Shown here one piece after another: positions 10,099 to 19,823 of a stretch of DNA of 22,349 bases. The translations under genes were made by a program, and so were the position numbers. The notes under the pieces are model-generated. The model was not told where the DNA came from, ran no database searches, and saw only the letters and a list, made by a program, of their open reading frames with translations. Location: contig JADGIF010000082.1 of NCBI GenBank assembly GCA_018985225.1, positions 1 to 22,349 on the forward strand, read 5' to 3'. Position 1 is the first letter of the stretch. Each line of letters starts with the position of its first letter. Origin of the DNA: Amoeboradix gromovi X-113 (lineage: Eukaryota; Fungi; Sanchytriomycota).

Positions 10099-10944
10099 AT
10101 GCTGCATAAGCACATAAAAGATTATAAAATAATCAAAGCTTTGGGTACAGGTGCCAATGCTACAGTTTATCTGGGAGAAATAGTCGACCATGAAAAACAT
10201 AATAAACATTCATTTCTACACCATCACCATAACCATAATAGCGCACTGCAGAACTATGTAGCTATAAAACAGCTGCATACAGAAGATCAAAAACATGTGC
10301 AGCATTTGACTGAAGAGTATTGCATAGCAGAATCACTGCATCATGAGAACATAATCCGAGTTCTCGATCTGTTTTATGAACACAGATGGTGCTATGTAAG
10401 TGAATATGGTGGAGTAGAATTATTCAAATGGATAGAAGACGGAATGACTACACTCAAATGTAACGCTATTCTAAAACAATTGCTAAGTGCCATTAAATAT
10501 CTAAGTGACAAGGGCATATGCCATCGCGATATCAAACCAGAGAACATATTGTGCAAAGACGATGTTTGTCGCATATGTGACTTTGGTTTAGCTGTTCGAT
10601 ATAAAACGGAATTTGATGATGAAGAGCAACTTGTACACGGTGTAGAAGGCAGCGATCCATACATGTCACCTGAAATATGGAGTGGTACTTATAGAGGTCC
10701 GCCCGTAGATGTGTGGGCTGTAGCAATTGTTTATACCGCAATGGTGTTGAAAAAGAAAGTGTGGTGTAAGGCTACTGAAGATGATAAATATTATATGCAA
10801 TTTATACAACAGGGTAGAAAATGGAGAGATTTATCAAAATTAACTGATGCGGCGTTGACATTGGTCATTAGCATGTTAGACAGTGATCCTGATAAAAGAA
10901 TAACTGCAAAAGACGCATTAAACTATACTAACTTTAATTTGTAA
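10099..10944 (+). CDS. Ser/Thr protein kinase, fungal HAL/NPR-like family
   Basis: GxGxxAxV, VAIK, HRDIKPEN, DFG, GSDPYMSPE and VDVWAVAIVY..M....W..A...D..Y. ATG 10099 preferred over the TTG start in the track. Confidence 0.88.
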   Translation: MLHKHIKDYKIIKALGTGANATVYLGEIVDHEKHNKHSFLHHHHNHNSALQNYVAIKQLHTEDQKHVQHLTEEYCIAESLHHENIIRVLDLFYEHRWCYVSEYGGVELFKWIEDGMTTLKCNAILKQLLSAIKYLSDKGICHRDIKPENILCKDDVCRICDFGLAVRYKTEFDDEEQLVHGVEGSDPYMSPEIWSGTYRGPPVDVWAVAIVYTAMVLKKKVWCKATEDDKYYMQFIQQGRKWRDLSKLTDAALTLVISMLDSDPDKRITAKDALNYTNFNL

Positions 10945-10975
10945 GCGAATAAATTGTTGAAATGTTACAGGATCT

Positions 10976-11461
10976 GGGACGCCAAATATAAAAACTAGAC
11001 TAACTCGTTTTTAAAGGAGGTGCACCATACAGAGGAAATGCTATCATTTATAAAAGATCTTCTATTATACCAATTTTCTTCCATTACTTTCAATCCCCTC
11101 TTCAAAATAAAAGTAGAAGACCCTGCATCTCGTTCAAATTTATGTGGTCTTTGAGCATCTAAGCAAAAGGTGCATTTTATTAGACGGTACTCTTATCTAT
11201 TTCATTTTGTAATGTTGTACTAACATCATTACTCTTATCTATTCTAGTTTTTACAGAGTAATAGTGATATTTTATTTGAAATAAAGATTGGATGAAAGAG
11301 CAAGAGAATAGCTGTACAGAATATTTATTTTCCTTTTATACTCGTCAACTCCGCAACTTGCTGAATGTCCACTCGCCTGTTAAGTCCATAAAATTAATAA
11401 AGCTGAAATAATGTTCCAAGTTGTTATAGAAAGTTAGTCCAGTTTTTATATTTGATGTCCC
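10976..11461. mobile_element. Complete 486-bp MITE with 30-bp TIRs and a 4-bp target-site duplication
   Basis: Left GGGACGCCAAATATAAAAACTAGACTAACT versus right AGTTAGTCCAGTTTTTATATTTGATGTCCC (27/30 inverted match). ATCT on both flanks (10972-10975, 11462-11465). No ORF. Confidence 0.93.
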
Positions 11462-11924
11462 ATCTGTTTGTTGAGATATTTTAATAAAAGAATGTCTAGA
11501 TTTTTTTGTTAGACGTATCCCGAGACAAGATCAGATTTTGCCTTATGTACAAGAGCAATAGCAATTCGCCTTTATTCTAGGTTGGGAATCTTTGTAATAC
11601 ATCGCAAAAATAAGAACATGCTTGTGCTTAGTACACAAGAAGAGAATTGGAAGTTAAGACCTTACACACCATCTTACCTTTGATAAGTGACTACCATTCT
11701 GTTTTAGTGTTACATTATCAATGTAGATTCATTCACAAAATAGGGCAAGTTGTGAAGCCTGATTACAGCACTGATGAAAATCTGGTTGGCAACAAAATGC
11801 ATTTAAATGCCAAGACTCCACGGTACTAAATAAATACGTTAATCGTAATAGAAATCTAAAGCGATGGGGTTATTTTCAGATTGCATCTCTCATTTTATCA
11901 TCCCGATTTGAAACATTCATCAAC

Positions 11925-13764
11925 ATGCAGCAGCAGTCAAATTTGAAAAAAACAAAAATGGAATCAAATGATTTATTTAATGATCTAGTCTCCATCAAAC
12001 CGAAAAAACCAGCGACCAATAAATTACCTACACCGATGACTGCCCAAGTGAACAAGAACAATTCTCACCATGATTTTGATGTTGGCCTACTCAACAATGG
12101 TAATTCTAATACTGATAATACCGCTAGTGTTGCTAAGACACCTACCGTATCTGCTGATCCCCCTTCAAATGATGATTATTTAAACTTATTTCACCTACAG
12201 CCACAAGCGCAACAGATTAGCAGCGATTTCAGCATATTTAATAATTCAAGCAACTCAAATAACCATGTCCGTAGTAGTACAGCTCCGCCTAACTTGTCCG
12301 CACATTTTGATTTACTATCTGATCAGCCAATAACTCACTCCAAACCGGTTCAGGCGACTCCTCCATCAGCTGATCAAGCACCTTCACCAAAACATATAGT
12401 ACAGATTTCTAAGCCCATCAAATCTACGTCTCCTTTATTACCTCCAGAATTACCCTTAATTGACCAACTAACGCAAATGGGATTTGATCCTATTCAATCC
12501 AAGCAGGCAATACAAATTCACCCTTCTTTAAATGAAGCAGTTGATTATCTCGTTAATGGTCAAAAACCCAACAATCAACCTTCGTCTTCAAACCTAGTGT
12601 TTGGCTTATTAAGCAAGGCATCCAAAATTGCTAAAAGTACAATTGCTAGCACTACTAATACTTTTTCAACCTCCATTGCCAGCACTGGCTATTTCAATCC
12701 CGTTGATCCTAATAAAGATGGCCTATATAACAACAAACCAACTGCAACTAAGCCGAATCATCATTTGGTTGATGATACCGCAAGAAGAAAGGCAAAGGAG
12801 TTAGAGCAAATCAAGTTGCACTGGTACACACAAATTGAGAACAATTTGCTGATTTCTATTTGTGACGCAAAGCAAAATGGCGATGACTTCGTGAAACAAG
12901 GACAATATGCTTCGGCAATCACATGCTACAGTGGCGTAGTTGTGGTGGCCAAACATCCGTTGATGAGTTTAATAAAATTAGAAATTGCAGGTTGTCAATT
13001 AGAGACGGGACTATACAAGGAATGTTTATCAAACTGCAATGATGTGATACAAATGACGTGCATGGATGTAAATGAGCAATTTCCCATGCTTATGATTAAA
13101 TCACTGGTTGACACTAATATAGATGGATTTCAATTTAATAAAAAACAGTTAATGCAAACATTGGTGTTAAAAGCAAAGGGTTTAGAAGGACTAGAGAAAT
13201 ATGAACAACTCTTGGAATTCGTTGGTAAATTAAAGTCATGCCAGGTGGCAGAAGCAGAACAAGAACTAAGAATACTAAGAGATGTACACAGCAGAGTGAA
13301 TCAACACATGAACAAAATAAATAATACCATACCTATTACAACGACAATACAGGTAAATCAATATGTTCAGGACAGTAAGCGAGTGCAAGAGATGAGGTCT
13401 GAACAAGCACTCAAGGAGAAGCAGCAGCAACAAGAACTTTCAATAAAAGACGAAGTGGATCTAAGAATTAAACAGTGGAGTATTGGTAAAGAACATAACA
13501 TTCGGATATTGTTGACCACTATTGGACCCTTAATGAAAGAGATTGGAATAGAGTGGGTGGATATCCCGATATCCGGGATTATGCTGCCTTTACAGATAAA
13601 AAAAGCTTACATGAAAAGTGTCAGTAAACTACATCCTGACAAGGTAAAAATAAATAATGCAGTTACAGAATGCAGATGTAAGACAATCTTCTATGGCACA
13701 ACATGTGTTTAGTATATTGAACACAGCCTATGAAGCATTAAAAGCACAGCACCCAGAATTATAG
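11925..13764 (+). CDS. SWA2: Auxilin-like clathrin-uncoating factor (UBA, TPR-like and J domains); exons 11925-13643 and 13663-13764
   Basis: UBA (QLTQMGF..AVDYL), TPR-like (KQNGDDFVKQGQY), and J domain W..GKEHNIRILL..IKKAYMKSVSKLHPDK, continuing after a 19-nt intron as LQNADVRQSSMAQHVFSILNTAYEALK. Start could be ATG 11958. Confidence 0.85.
13644..13662 (+). other. 19-nt spliceosomal intron
   Basis: GTAAAAATAAATAATGCAG. Removal restores the last J-domain helix. Confidence 0.88.
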
Positions 13765-13791
13765 AAAATAAACAGTTTATTAATGATATCT

Positions 13792-14035
13792 CTGATTTCA
13801 AGTCCTGGCTTACTAGAATATCAAGGATCTCCACAGAGAAATACAAGCTAGTCGCTACATTACCGTGTTTCCTCGTGCCCGGGTACCTTAAGGCGGGATC
13901 GAATAAAGATGCAAGTAGACTCGTCTCCAAATTGTTTTCTTCCGAATTCCGCACCATACGCACGTCTGACTAGTAAATGCTCCATAATATTCAATCAAAT
14001 TTTATCACAGAAAATTGCCATGGTGAGAAAAGGAA
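13792..14035 (-). pseudogene. Fanzor2 remnant with candidate omegaRNA tail
   Basis: LIEYYGAFTSQTCVWCGIRKKT (13960-13974 = TSQTC), then a deletion, then SLFDPAL and a tail homologous to 8441-8523 and 9040-9086. Confidence 0.8.
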
Positions 14036-14155
14036 AACATCATTTTCATGAATTACAAAACTGTAGAAAGAGGACTCTCGGAGCTTCGAAATGCGCGTAA
14101 TCACGAAAAGTTGTTTATTCAATGAAAGTTCTTATACTGCACAGGCCTTATTGTG

Positions 14156-14566
14156 TTAAAGGGGGACACCTTGAGTAACAGTCTGGGCAGGCCCGGTATT
14201 ACTTGAAGTAGAGCCAGTTTGAGCGATTGCATTAGCAGGTAAATTCGATGGTTTAATGGTGGTCTGGACAGGTCCGGTATTACTTGAAGTAGAGCCAGTC
14301 TGAACCACCACGTTTGCAGGTACATTTAACGGTTTAGGCTTCCATCCCAGCAGCTTTTTTATTTTACTAAATACTAGATGATTATCTGGTGTTAAACCCA
14401 TAATACCGGCTAAAATGCTAACACCCATTAAGCTCCAAGATACAGCATTTCCATATCGTATAAGCTTACTGGTCGATGAGTCAGCTGGTGACATTGCAGG
14501 AAATTTTTCCACTGACTTAGGAAGAGTAGGAAGGGCATACATACATAACAATAACTGCAAAAACAT
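14156..14566 (-). CDS. Small secreted or membrane protein with two 27-aa-period repeats
   Basis: Signal-like N-terminus, an internal hydrophobic segment, and repeats PANVVVQTGSTSSNTGPVQT / PANAIAQTGSTSSNTGPAQT. Confidence 0.7.
   Translation of the reverse strand: MFLQLLLCMYALPTLPKSVEKFPAMSPADSSTSKLIRYGNAVSWSLMGVSILAGIMGLTPDNHLVFSKIKKLLGWKPKPLNVPANVVVQTGSTSSNTGPVQTTIKPSNLPANAIAQTGSTSSNTGPAQTVTQGVPL
14181..14327. repeat. Intragenic direct repeat, 81-bp period
   Basis: CCGGTATTACTTGAAGTAGAGCCAGT is identical at 14193 and 14274, with similar flanks. Confidence 0.9.
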
Positions 14567-14913
14567 GAGGGAAAAGGAGATGAAATTATTTCAAGTACAA
14601 CTTGCAACACAAATGAATACAGATTGCACAAGATATTTTGTCACGCAATTGTTTAGAATAGTCTTTGCATGATCTGGAAATCACTGTATAGCAACAATTT
14701 CAAAGATACCAGAGAACTTCAATAAGACCTTACAATTTACCAATCATTTTGTGGAATTCAAAACCTTTGTGTAACGATAAGTAGAATTGTTAGCGCTAGC
14801 GGTTTCCAAAAATTCAGCCGTTACTGCAATGGCAAATATTTGCCATATTCGCAAGAACTCATCGGATAATTTCAGAATTTTCAATACTCATTGCGTCCCT
14901 AGACAGTACTGTA

Positions 14914-16041
14914 ATGATTATACCTCTATACATTTTAATTCTCTATGTTAAAGCTCAGCAAATGCAACAAGTTTTTGATTTAAATGAATGCATAAAGAAA
15001 CCAGATTTAGATCTGGGAATGATTGCTAGTATAGGTGACAGTGTGTTAGCGGGGTATGGTAGTCGACAGTATGCTGCGTGGCCCTTTTTTAGTCCCCTAA
15101 ATTTCCGTGAAGACAGAGGTGCCACCCTTGTAAATGGCGGTGATGAAGATATGTGGAGTCTGTACAAGATTGCCTCCTATTTTAATCCGGAATTAGAAGG
15201 TAAATCGACGGGCACACATTTCTTTAATCTCTGCAGAAAATTTCTTTGCTTTTGGCCATTCAACAGTTATCGTAAAACTGACGGTCTAAATGTTGCAGCC
15301 ACAGGCTCTTTTGCTAGTGATATTATGCGGCAAGCTAAGGAACTGGTGAAAAGATCTAACGCTTTAATAGTTAAGAAACCAGAACTTATTAATAAGTGGA
15401 AACTGGTAGTCTTTTTGGTAGGTCTAAACGACCAGTTTAACTTTTGCAAGGGGCACGAAAGTTCGCTGGAATATTTTGAGTACTACGTCCGCAATTTTCT
15501 TAATTATCTAAGGCAAAATCTGGATCATGTTATCGTAGATCTTCTGAGCCTATGGAACATGGACAAGATGGTTGACTTAAGCTCAAGACATCCTAGTTGT
15601 ATGCACAACAATAGACAGAACTTGTTCAAATCTGTCGCGCCTTGTCCGTTTGACAAAAAAAATGGCACTGAGTTTAGAAAGACGATGAAAGCTTACCAGA
15701 TGGGACAAAATGAAATATTAAGAAACTTAGCAAGTGAGTATCAGAATGGAACAGCATGGTCCAGAAAGGAAAAGATGAGCAAGCCATGGGTAGCTAAACC
15801 TAGCACGTTTAAGGTTATTTATGATCCAAGTGCAGAAGAGATGGACTTGAATTTGTTGAACTGGAATTCGTTAACTGATACAGACTGCAGCCATCCTACC
15901 AAGGAAATGCATGAGAGACTGGCTAGTGTATATTGGCATAACTTGTTTTTATCAAGCAAAGACAAGCTGAGAAATCAATTTCAAGCATTTCAAAGTGGAT
16001 TCATTAAATATACCTGTCCAACTAGTATCAAGTTTGATTAA
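14914..16041 (+). CDS. Secreted GDSL/SGNH lipase, phospholipase B1-like
   Basis: Signal peptide plus blocks IGDSVLAG, LNVAATG, WKLV..LVGLND and DCSHP. Confidence 0.9.
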   Translation: MIIPLYILILYVKAQQMQQVFDLNECIKKPDLDLGMIASIGDSVLAGYGSRQYAAWPFFSPLNFREDRGATLVNGGDEDMWSLYKIASYFNPELEGKSTGTHFFNLCRKFLCFWPFNSYRKTDGLNVAATGSFASDIMRQAKELVKRSNALIVKKPELINKWKLVVFLVGLNDQFNFCKGHESSLEYFEYYVRNFLNYLRQNLDHVIVDLLSLWNMDKMVDLSSRHPSCMHNNRQNLFKSVAPCPFDKKNGTEFRKTMKAYQMGQNEILRNLASEYQNGTAWSRKEKMSKPWVAKPSTFKVIYDPSAEEMDLNLLNWNSLTDTDCSHPTKEMHERLASVYWHNLFLSSKDKLRNQFQAFQSGFIKYTCPTSIKFD

Positions 16042-16091
16042 GAATAAATTTGTTGTACTGTAATACTTTTCAGTTTTTAAAGGCCGAGATC

Positions 16092-16910
16092 ATGTCACAT
16101 TCATTTAAAGAGGCAAATCAAATTGCAAAAGAAAGAATAGAAACTACTTTTAAATCACCCAGAGAGTATAACAAACTAGCAAAGCAAATTCGAGAATATT
16201 TAGTTAAATCAGAAGAGTCAACAAAAGTATTACCGCTGTCAGAATCTTTAAAAGCAAAACCCAGAACAACATCTGCCAAGAAGATTGAAGAAGATTTGGG
16301 CAATGCGGCGCACAGAAAGAATTTGATGGAATACAAAACTGAATTAAGGGGGCAAATAACATTGTTAACAGTGGTATCACTTTTGAACAATACAAAAAAT
16401 AAAGTGGAAGCCAAAAGAGTAGAAAGAATTCAAGTTCGGAATAAGGTGTTGGCAGCAGAGGTAATAGCTAAGTGGTACAGAAAAATACTAATTCGACGAA
16501 GAGAAGCTAAAAGAGTCTGGGCGATTGCGACAATCCTACCACAACTACTGAGATTTGGACTTGCAAGAAGAGAAATAAAGCGTCAAAAGTATGCGCTGAT
16601 CGTGTACAACTTCATTCAAGAGTCATTCAACAGTGGTATTTTGATTAACCTTGTACATGCTTATCAGACAAAGGTCGTCAACTGTCAAGGAATCATCAGG
16701 GTTTTTTTGGCAAAAAATAAGGCTAAATTTGAATTGAGAGTTTTGCAGGTTGAGCAATACGAGAGAAAAACTAAGAAAAGATACAAAACAGTGATTGGCA
16801 CCTCCAAGACACTTTTAATCAAAAACTTGATGAAAGAAGAAAGAAAAAGAGATTCTACTGCGCATCACTTGTTGTTTACACAGCAGGAGTTATCAAAGCA
16901 TTTTGATTAA
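16092..16910 (+). CDS. Basic helical protein with degenerate IQ-like motifs
   Basis: AAEVIAKWYRKIL and VVNCQGIIRVFLAK resemble IQ motifs. First ATG at 16092. Confidence 0.6.
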   Translation: MSHSFKEANQIAKERIETTFKSPREYNKLAKQIREYLVKSEESTKVLPLSESLKAKPRTTSAKKIEEDLGNAAHRKNLMEYKTELRGQITLLTVVSLLNNTKNKVEAKRVERIQVRNKVLAAEVIAKWYRKILIRRREAKRVWAIATILPQLLRFGLARREIKRQKYALIVYNFIQESFNSGILINLVHAYQTKVVNCQGIIRVFLAKNKAKFELRVLQVEQYERKTKKRYKTVIGTSKTLLIKNLMKEERKRDSTAHHLLFTQQELSKHFD

Positions 16911-16942
16911 TTTATTAAGTCCTAAATAAATTTACAATTTTA

Positions 16943-17932
16943 TTATTTGCCGCTTACTTCAAATAAAACCAAAGATAGTGCCATTATTACCATTCCTGCC
17001 ACTACACTCTTGCTTACATATCTATCTTTTGGATCGTACTTGTGAGCTGTCGGTAATCTATATTAATCATTAAATTACAATTCTGCAATGGATATGTAAA
17101 TCATCATTCCTGCAACTAAAGCAAACATGAACGCAAATCCGACACTTTCTGTAACATCGTCTGAGGTGCTAGAGGTCCACTTAAGAATATAATAAGCAAT
17201 AAGTCCGCCAAGAGGTTCCGTTAGTCCAGATGCAAATCCTATCAGAAATGACTTTAGTTTACTTTTAGTGGCGTAATAGACAGGTAGTGCGACAGCAATG
17301 CCTTCAGGTATGTTGTGAATAGCAATTGCAACTGCCAAAGAGGCACCCAGCTTAGGATCTGAAAGAGTAGCAAAGAATGTAGCTATACCCTCTGGGAGAT
17401 TGTGCAACGCTATAGCTAAAGCAGAGAGTATCGACATTTTGGCCAAGGAAGCAGCATTTCTTTCGGATTCATCTTGTACTAAATTATCAGCTGATGAAGA
17501 GACAGAAGAGGTTTGTTGTGCAATTCGTTTCTTTGCAACAGATTTTGCTTTCCTCTTTAAAGGCTTATGGGGAGAAGTGTCTTTGTCAGTAAGTATATCT
17601 GCTGAAGGTTCCAGGTGGAGATTGTCGTCCGGAATCATGAAATGTACAATGAAATCTAAGAATACACAAACCAGCATGCCAGAGAAGAATGCAACTGTAG
17701 CGCAGAGCACCGGACTATTCTCTGTAGCTTTTATGTTTCTAAACATCTCAACACTTTCTCGGTAAATCTCTGTAAAGCTTATATAAATCATAACACCTGC
17801 GGACAAACCGAGGCATAATCCAAGTACTAAGTTATTATTTGCGTCTCTCAAAGCAAACGGAATTAGAGCTCCTAAACCAGTAGCGCCACCTGCAGCCAAT
17901 GTTAATAAGAATGCGAGCAAAACTGGCTCCAT
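16943..17932 (-). CDS. zupT: ZIP-family zinc transporter (ZupT/GufA type); exons 17932-17079 and 17057-16943
   Basis: SAGVMIYISF, ALHNLPEG, AIHNIPEG and SGLTEPLG. A 21-nt intron restores ELLPTAHKYD and the final TM helix. Confidence 0.92.
17058..17078 (-). other. 21-nt spliceosomal intron
   Basis: GTAATTTAATGATTAATATAG on the minus strand, containing an in-frame TAA. Confidence 0.88.
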
Positions 17933-18014
17933 ATGGGACATACTCTACAAAACTAGACAAACTTTCTAAAACAAGTTTCAAAAATGTTGAGTAGCCCTGC
18001 TATAATGTCCCATA

Positions 18015-18700
18015 TCAAACACCTAGAACCCATGCCTTAGGCAAACACTGTTTGTTACTAATTCCTCTTCTATTCCAGTATGGTTCTGTGCCATGCTTCA
18101 CTACACTGCGAATGTCATAAATATCATTATAACACGCATTTACAACTTGGTTTGCGACTGAATCACAGCTGGTACACTGACTACCATGGGTATCTAAAAT
18201 ATCAATTAATCTCGGATATTTGCCGTCATTACCATAGCAGTGGTAACAGGTTTTGGCTGTTTTTAATTTAGGAGGAAGCTAGGGCAGCAAGTTTCTACCG
18301 AAAGACACATTGATTTCTTATTTGGGACACTAAGATAGCATTTTCTGTTGTAATCGCCATCACCATAGTAAACTGATTTGCTATCAAAATATTTAACTCT
18401 ACATAGTAGTTTTCTTTCTACCGCTTACTTCACGTTCTTAGACAATATATTTCTGAACAAAAGCAATCTTAACGTCAAAATAGTTGAATTTCATTTAATC
18501 TAGAATGCCTGTAAACGAGGCTCACCTGCTTCTCACATCCCATATCCGTATCTTGGCAATGAAAAGTGCATATGCAAGTATCTAAACAATCCATAAATCT
18601 AAGAAAGGTCAATAGTTTTCTAGAGACCTGTACTAGTACGTTATTTATCCAGAGTATTTTCGTTTTTCTCGAATGTAAGACAGCCACTGGTATCCTAAAT
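18015..18700 (-). pseudogene. Fanzor1 pseudogene (C-terminal half)
   Basis: With stops and frameshifts: VYYGDGDYNRKCYLSVPNKK...FLLN*, KTAKTCYHC...QCTSCDSVANQVVNACYN...RSVVKHGTEPYWNRR. This is the GDG..P.K segment, Zn finger and decayed RuvC-II/III of Fanzor1. The 5' limit is approximate. Confidence 0.85.
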
Positions 18701-19171
18701 GTACTTTTGAGATCAAAGTTGTACACTATGAGTTTTGTAAAATAAATAAATATTGCTTTAATTGAATGAACCCGTCTCCAAGTTTACTTCTGTCAAGGAA
18801 ATTTACTCCTCGAGCAACTTTTAAGCCCAGTGTATCCATTTATACACCTTGACGACCTTTACACTGTGGTAACTAGACCAGGCTGGTTTCATGTTAGTTA
18901 CACTGTGAAACTCAGACTAGGAAAAGTTTCAAAAAATTTGGGACACATTTTAACCCAATCAACATTTCAGATTAGTGTTTCACACTTTTAACCCAATCAT
19001 ATTAAGAGATTTTTTACACAAAGAGCACGCAATGTACATTTTACCTTGTTGTCAGTCTTTTAATAGAACAGAGTATTTACACACGAGCTATAATCCAGTC
19101 AATTCTAAAACAATTGTCGTATGTATTACGAGACAAGATGGCGCAGGAAGACATCCCACATGAAAATAAAT

Positions 19172-19399
19172 CTACATCATTAGATTTATTCGTTTGGCTA
19201 CTTCCAAAGCTTGTGTCTTTGTTGCAAACCCCCATCGCTTGTTCATTATCAGAGGGGTACTTTTAGTATACGTAGTTTTATATTTATAAAGTGATTTTAT
19301 CCAACCAGCTTTTGGCCCTTTTCCTTTATATTTCAATGTAACAACATAATAGAATTCATTCTTTTTGTATTTTTTTACCTTCCTGATGGTAACTGACAT
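19172..19399 (-). CDS. Small basic protein with an AP2/integrase-arm-like motif
   Basis: 75 aa, Lys/Tyr-rich, beta-strand-like N-terminal part ending in KRWGFATKTQALEVAKRI. Confidence 0.45.
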   Translation of the reverse strand: MSVTIRKVKKYKKNEFYYVVTLKYKGKGPKAGWIKSLYKYKTTYTKSTPLIMNKRWGFATKTQALEVAKRINLMM

Positions 19400-19823
19400 T
19401 TATATAATTATATCATTAAAATAATTTCTTTAACTACCAGCCCGACTTGTGTGAAATTACCAAGACTTGTCCAATATTAAATCGAAATCCATTGGATTAT
19501 GTTCGATAACATTGAATACATGGTTTCTTTGTATTAAATAATTTATTAATTAGCTCCTTCATCGTCAGTCTCATTCTCATCTCCATTTTCTACTGCAACT
19601 GCTACTATATTAATGAAATAAAAAGATCTTCTACTTTAAATTCAACCGTGTAAAATATTAATCTTTGAAATTCAATACAATTTGTCTAGTCTAGTTTTAC
19701 AGAGCAAGTCCCAAATATCATCAAATCTTTTACATAACTTACTATTTAATTATGAGACTTAAAACCCAATTCATATTTTGATTTGTTTGTAAATCTTTAC
19801 TCCCTCCTTTGAGACTGTCTCAT

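Larger units (their letters stand above)
17935..19712. mobile_element. Non-autonomous TIR element carrying a Fanzor1 remnant and a small basic ORF
   Basis: GGGACATACTCTACAAAACTAGAC versus the reverse complement of the right end GGGACTTGCTCTGTAAAACTAGAC (20/24). Flanks ATAT / AAAT (one mismatch). Confidence 0.65.

Noticed and set aside
4503-10944. LKB1, CBS protein and HAL kinase as an AMPK-pathway cluster
   Set aside because: They are separated by mobile DNA, and the CBS protein is not clearly AMPK-gamma. Probably coincidence.
11493-11521. Degenerate TIR-like GTCTAGATTTTTTT...GTATCCC
   Set aside because: Too diverged, and no matching target duplication found.
16055-16073. 19-nt GT...AG segment as an intron
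   Set aside because: No upstream coding exon is available to test it; it could be chance or a UTR intron.
1442-17765. Antisense and overlapping short ORFs in the track (e.g. 1442-1903, 5927-6250, 10392-10664, 16118-16414, 17400-17765)
   Set aside because: Shadow frames of well-supported genes.
18320-18330. GGGAC preceded by ATTT as the left partner of the 22251 end
   Set aside because: It lies within the Fanzor SVPN codons and lacks the CTAG core. The similar site at 18940 also lacks the core and would interleave with 17935-19712.
18820-18860. Possible decayed RuvC-I (GVDxG) of the Fanzor1 pseudogene
   Set aside because: It needs several indels to read and cannot be supported without an alignment.
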